Positions 59,977-64,000 of a stretch of DNA of 64,000 nt are shown here, piece after piece (within the stretch, counting starts at the first letter, position 1; each line of letters opens with the position of its first letter). The stretch is from Candidatus Bathyarchaeia archaeon (GTDB taxonomy: Archaea; Thermoproteota; Bathyarchaeia; Bathyarchaeales; Bathycorpusculaceae): NCBI GenBank assembly GCA_049515895.1, contig JBEKTQ010000001.1, forward strand, positions 64,001 to 128,000. The letters are read 5' to 3'. The notes beneath the pieces are model-generated. The model saw only the letters and a list, made by a program, of their open reading frames with translations, was not told the DNA's origin and searched no databases. Both the position numbers and the translations under genes were made by a program.

Positions 59977-61575
59977 ATGAGATCAAAACAACATAAAAGG
60001 CAAGACCGTGTTGGAAAAGAAGAAATTTTAAGCTCTATCTCTTCATCCTGCATTTTGCCTTTTGCATTAGAGCGGTTACGCGATATTTTGGAAAATATTC
60101 CGTCAGCTGTAATGGTCTTAGAAAAGCCCGACGGAACAGTGACTCTCGCGAATAAAAGAGCAATTGAATTGTTTGGTTTGAACCCTTGCGGTTTTAAGTT
60201 AGACGAGTATGCCGCGGCTCTAAAAACATACATGTTAGACGGTAAGGTTTGCCCAATTGAACAACTTTATACTTACAGGGCATTATTTAATGAAGAGACG
60301 ATTCTTAACGCGCCTGAAATTATCGAACGGCCTGATGGGAAACGTTTCATTCTTAATGTAAGTGCAAGACCGCTTTACGATAATGAAGGCAAACCTATGG
60401 CTGTAGTTACTATTTTCGATGATGCAACTGAAAGCGTCAAGACGCAAGAGGCGCTTCGAGAAAGCGAAGACAGGTTAAAAATGGCACAGAGGATCGCTCA
60501 TGTGGGCAGCTGGGAATATTACACTAAAGAAGATAGGGCGATTTGGTCCGACGAGCTATTTAGCATGTTTGGCATGAAGCCCCAAAAGTTTGGCCCCAAC
60601 ACGACTGAGTACGTCCAACACATCTATCCTGAAGATCGAGAAAGAATCAACCAAAAGATGGAACAACTATTGTTCAAGGCAAAGTTGTTTTCTAAAACAA
60701 GTTTTGATTACCGCATCGTCAGGCGCGACGGCTCAATAAGAACTATTCATTCCGAGCGAATAGTCAGGGAAATGAGCGAAGACGGCAAACCAGCAAGAAT
60801 AGTTGGCATTGAACAGGATATAACTGAACGTAAGCAAATTGAACAGAAACTTGAGGACTACGCGAAAAATCTTGAGCAAATCGTTGACGAGCGAACAAAG
60901 CAGCTCCAGAACGCCGAACGCTTGGCCGCTATTGGACAAACCGCAGGTATGATTGGTCATGACATTCGCAACCCGTTGCAAACGATCACTGGAGAGCTGT
61001 TTTTGATGAAACAGGAAATGGATACTTTGCCTGATGGCCCGCGCAAAATGGAGGTCGAAGAAAGCCTGCGTACCATACAAGAACAAACAGACTATATCAG
61101 CAAGATTATCTCTGACTTGCAAGATTTTGCAAGGCCCCTCAAACCTGAGATGGGTCAGGTAGACTTGTGCGTTGCCATTCCACAATTGCTCTCAACAGTC
61201 GTGGTTCCAAGCAACATCGAAATAGTCCAAGAATGCGAAAGGAAACTGCGGGTAAAAGCTGATTTTACGTTTCTGAAACGTATTCTTGTAAACCTCGTCA
61301 CAAACGCTATCCAAGCGATGCCAAACGGCGGCAACCTGTCAATTAAAGCATTCCACGATGACAGCGGCATCAACGTTACCGTTTCGGATACAGGTGTCGG
61401 CATCCCAGACGAGATAAAGCCGAAGCTTTTCCAGCCGCTGATGACAACCAAAGCCAAGGGTCAAGGCTTCGGGTTAGCGGTTGTAAAACGATTAATGGAA
61501 GCACAGGGCGGAACAGTGAGCTTTGAAAGCAAGGTTGGCGAAGGAACACAGTTCAAAATAGTTTTCCCGAAATAA
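59977..61575 (+). CDS. Cytoplasmic PAS-PAS sensor histidine kinase
   Basis: Two PAS/PAC domains (AQRIAHVGSWE, QDITERK), H-box GHDIRNPL, NLVTNA, DTGVGI, GQGFGL. Confidence 0.92.
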   Translation: MRSKQHKRQDRVGKEEILSSISSSCILPFALERLRDILENIPSAVMVLEKPDGTVTLANKRAIELFGLNPCGFKLDEYAAALKTYMLDGKVCPIEQLYTYRALFNEETILNAPEIIERPDGKRFILNVSARPLYDNEGKPMAVVTIFDDATESVKTQEALRESEDRLKMAQRIAHVGSWEYYTKEDRAIWSDELFSMFGMKPQKFGPNTTEYVQHIYPEDRERINQKMEQLLFKAKLFSKTSFDYRIVRRDGSIRTIHSERIVREMSEDGKPARIVGIEQDITERKQIEQKLEDYAKNLEQIVDERTKQLQNAERLAAIGQTAGMIGHDIRNPLQTITGELFLMKQEMDTLPDGPRKMEVEESLRTIQEQTDYISKIISDLQDFARPLKPEMGQVDLCVAIPQLLSTVVVPSNIEIVQECERKLRVKADFTFLKRILVNLVTNAIQAMPNGGNLSIKAFHDDSGINVTVSDTGVGIPDEIKPKLFQPLMTTKAKGQGFGLAVVKRLMEAQGGTVSFESKVGEGTQFKIVFPK

Positions 61576-61666
61576 ACAAAATAACCGGGCTGCGCGTTAC
61601 CACTATTTTTAAGTTTAAGCAAAGTGTTTACTATTCTGCCCCTATTTTCTGGGCACGAAAAAGTTT

Positions 61667-61742
61667 GGGCTCGTCGTCTAGTACGGATTATGACACCGGC
61701 CTGCGGAGCCGGAGGTCCTGGGTTCAAATCCCAGCGGGCCCG
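61667..61742 (+). tRNA. tRNA-Arg(GCG)
   Basis: GGGCTCG acceptor, CCGGC-CTGCGGA-GCCGG anticodon arm, CTGGG-TTCAAAT-CCCAG T arm. Confidence 0.92.
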
Positions 61743-61793
61743 TTTTTAATTTACCCCATGGAAAAAATTGGATTCGCTTAATAGTTTAAGCGC

Positions 61794-61811
61794 ATCCCAG
61801 CGGGCCCGCCA
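61794..61811 (+). repeat. Direct repeat of the tRNA-Arg 3' end (att-like)
   Basis: ATCCCAGCGGGCCCG identical to 61728-61742, here followed by CCA. Confidence 0.8.
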
Positions 61812-61950
61812 TTTTACTTTAGGATTTCGTCTTCTTTGTTATCTGAATTATATTTGGGGACGAGTGTTGAAGTTTTAAGGCTCAGGAAAATCTAACTCTA
61901 ACTCGGTTTTTTTGAATTAATTTAGATCTTTTAAGATGTTTTATGGTCTT

Positions 61951-62010
61951 TTTTAACCAGTTCTAACCAATTTTAACCAATTCTAACCGTTTCTAACCAT
62001 TTTCAACCGT
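61951..62010 (+). repeat. Tandem 10-bp repeat, 6 copies
   Basis: ttttaaccag ttctaaccaa ttttaaccaa ttctaaccgt ttctaaccat tttcaaccgt. Confidence 0.85.
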
Positions 62011-62141
62011 GACCTGCAAGCAATCCAAGCCCTAAACTAAAAAACAAACCCATTTCACAAAGAACAAAATTGCACGTGGGGAAAAAGAAAAAAACAAAAC
62101 ACCTTACGAAACCAAGAAATCATGAAGAATTTGGATTGTTA

Positions 62142-62819
62142 TTACTCTCTGCTTGAGAGAACCAGGATGTAGTCTGCGGTGTCTGCACACATGTCCGCGG
62201 CTTGCTCAATGAATTCTATCAGGTCATCAAATATCACCATGGCTCCGCAGTTTATGTTCGCACCGTACTTCACAAACAGGCTTTTGCATTTAAGGTATTC
62301 AACGTCGATGGCGTGTTCGATCTCGCCGACCTTCTTGGCCTCGTTAATCGCTTCTGTTGGGTTTGACGAAATTTTTTCTATGCTGTTTCTCAAAGTTTGA
62401 GCTGTGTCCACAAGCTTCCCAGTCATAACCACCGTTTTGTCGCTGAGTTCCTGCGGAATGTCTGCACTCGAAAGCATTTCAAGACACCGCGCGGCATCTT
62501 TAGTGTGGTCAGCCAAAGTATCCAGCCGCTTAACCAAATGTAACAGGTCTTCGCGGTAGTCTGCGACGAGGGCAGCTCCCTTGGATAACTCCATGAAAAC
62601 GTCTGTTCGAAGTGCGTCAACGCCTTCTTCGGTTTTGTAGAGGTTGTCAATGTATTTTTGTGCCTCTTTAAAATTCTTCTCAGAAAAGCTTTTAGTTGCC
62701 TTGTGCAGCCACGTTACTGTATCGAAAGCTTTTGTAATCTGATCATGCGCAAGCTCTAATCCTCTGGTCTTACGGCGCTGTTCAAACCAATCGTAGCTTT
62801 TTCTTTCCACAATCAACAC
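62142..62819 (-). CDS. DUF47 family (PhoU-like phosphate transport regulator)
   Basis: EEGVDALR, REDLLHLVKRLDTLAD, EHAID, IEQAADMCADTAD. Confidence 0.88.
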   Translation of the reverse strand: MLIVERKSYDWFEQRRKTRGLELAHDQITKAFDTVTWLHKATKSFSEKNFKEAQKYIDNLYKTEEGVDALRTDVFMELSKGAALVADYREDLLHLVKRLDTLADHTKDAARCLEMLSSADIPQELSDKTVVMTGKLVDTAQTLRNSIEKISSNPTEAINEAKKVGEIEHAIDVEYLKCKSLFVKYGANINCGAMVIFDDLIEFIEQAADMCADTADYILVLSSRE

Positions 62820-63212
62820 CGATTAAATATTGAAACAGCTGTAGATATAACCCTTATTATAAGTCTCGCCTTCAGGTTAGAGGCAACGCTTTAACGCGCA
62901 TGTCTTTGCTCCTTCAACCTATTGCTTTTTTTGTCATTTTCATGGAACGCACGCGTCAATTGCCAAAAGCCAATCCATAAGATCGGCATTTTTAGCCTTC
63001 GCTTGTTTTTTGCCATTCATTTTACCTTTCAAGTTTTCCCCCTCAAATTCACGATTATCTAGACATGGTTGAAGTACCACGGCATTTCGTGATCTCCACG
63101 CTGCTTTTTTGTCTTTTTCTTTTGCATGGGACTTCCACCTTAATCTTCCCTTTTTGCCTTATTTGGACTGTGCTAATAGTATATAGAGAGCAACCTATTC
63201 TATATAGAAAAA

Positions 63213-64000
63213 CTAGCTTTCCAGAACAGCCCTCGCCAATCTAACCTTGTCTTCTAGACACTTCATTACGGTATCCGTCACTTTCACATCGATTCCGATC
63301 TGCTCAATCCGACCCTTTTCGTCGCCGTCTTTAACGTCAATCACAAATGTGTCAAGAAAATCCGCGTAAAGCTTCGCAACCGAAAAAGCTGAAACCTCAA
63401 AGCCGAAGCTACGCAGAAGTTTGTCGGCGGGACCTTTGATGGGGGCGCCGTCAACTATAGGGCTAACTCCGACAATCTTTGCGCTTGTCTTTCTCAATGC
63501 ATCTCTGATGCCGTCAACAGACAGTATGGTGCCTATGCTAACTATTGGATTGCTGGGGCAAATCACAATCATTTCCGCGTTCAAGATTGAATCGACGGTT
63601 TCAGGCACGGGTTTCGCTTTTGCTGAGCCGACAAACTCAACGCCTAAAACCTTGTCTTTCGCTTGTCTCTTCACGAAATACTCTTCAAAATGAATTAGGC
63701 CCTCCTCGGTTCTTATCCAAGTCTCAAACTTATCATCTGTCATAGGCATGATGTTTGCTTTGATTCCCAAGCATCGGCAAGTTTCTTCGGTAACCTTCGA
63801 AAGAGTAAACCCCTTGTGTAACAAATCCGTTCTAAAAATGTGCGTGGCAAAATCTCTGTCGCCTATACTGAACCATGTTTCTAAACCCATTTTCTTGAGC
63901 GTTTCGAGGCATTGGAAAGTGTCGCCTTTTATCCCCCAACCTTTCTCCTCGTCAACAACGCCCGCTAAGGTGTATGACACGATGTCGATGTCTGGCGAAA
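63213..64000 (-). CDS. cofD: 2-phospho-L-lactate transferase (F420 biosynthesis), 5'-truncated by the window end
   Basis: PDIDIVSYTLAG, WGIKGDTF, WFSIGDRDFATH, PMTDD, HFEEYFV, PSNPIVSIG, KGPADK. Confidence 0.93.
   Translation of the reverse strand, partial: SPDIDIVSYTLAGVVDEEKGWGIKGDTFQCLETLKKMGLETWFSIGDRDFATHIFRTDLLHKGFTLSKVTEETCRCLGIKANIMPMTDDKFETWIRTEEGLIHFEEYFVKRQAKDKVLGVEFVGSAKAKPVPETVDSILNAEMIVICPSNPIVSIGTILSVDGIRDALRKTSAKIVGVSPIVDGAPIKGPADKLLRSFGFEVSAFSVAKLYADFLDTFVIDVKDGDEKGRIEQIGIDVKVTDTVMKCLEDKVRLARAVLES

Noticed and set aside
61461-61727. 88 aa ORF as an intact gene
   Set aside because: Overlaps tRNA-Arg and the kinase 3' end in antisense; at most a short integrase relic (see findings).
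61755-61766. CCATGGAAAA resembling the oriC palindrome at ~1250
   Set aside because: Too short, single copy and no G-string; likely chance.
61921-62010. Possible CRISPR array
   Set aside because: Units are 10 bp and contiguous with no spacers; no cas genes in the window.
1-64000. Selenocysteine/pyrrolysine read-through, inteins, transposases
   Set aside because: Recognised genes are full length without in-frame stops or intein-sized insertions; no transposase or intact integrase motifs were seen.

Overview
Archaeal chromosome window, most consistent with Bathyarchaeia (inferred from PolD, Orc1/Cdc6, class I LysRS, Fae-Hps, CofD and gene order). It opens with a probable replication origin (ORB boxes flanking an AT-rich unwinding element) next to cdc6 and the PolD small subunit. 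Housekeeping blocks follow: pyrE, ahcY, rpl3-rps19, rps6e-aIF2gamma-rpoE-rps27ae, tmk and lysS. There are three tRNAs: Ser-CGA with an intron, Glu-UUC and Arg-GCG. The main candidates for new biology are: (1) a compact aconitase-IDH-ATP citrate lyase (aclB/aclA) operon; (2) a Fae-Hps formaldehyde enzyme with an extra N-terminal HTH whose promoter and 5' end carry clustered CCGAC(A) motifs; (3) an AhbD/NirJ2-like radical SAM-SPASM enzyme fused to a ~360 aa N-terminal region with a V4R-like Cys pattern; (4) a split COG2187/COG0645 kinase pair around a PHP hydrolase; (5) helically phased non-ORB repeats in oriC beside a wHTH gene; (6) an att-like scar and a 10-bp array at tRNA-Arg; (7) a chain of four tiny ORFs downstream of cofD. 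All family assignments are by motif recognition, with no database searches.
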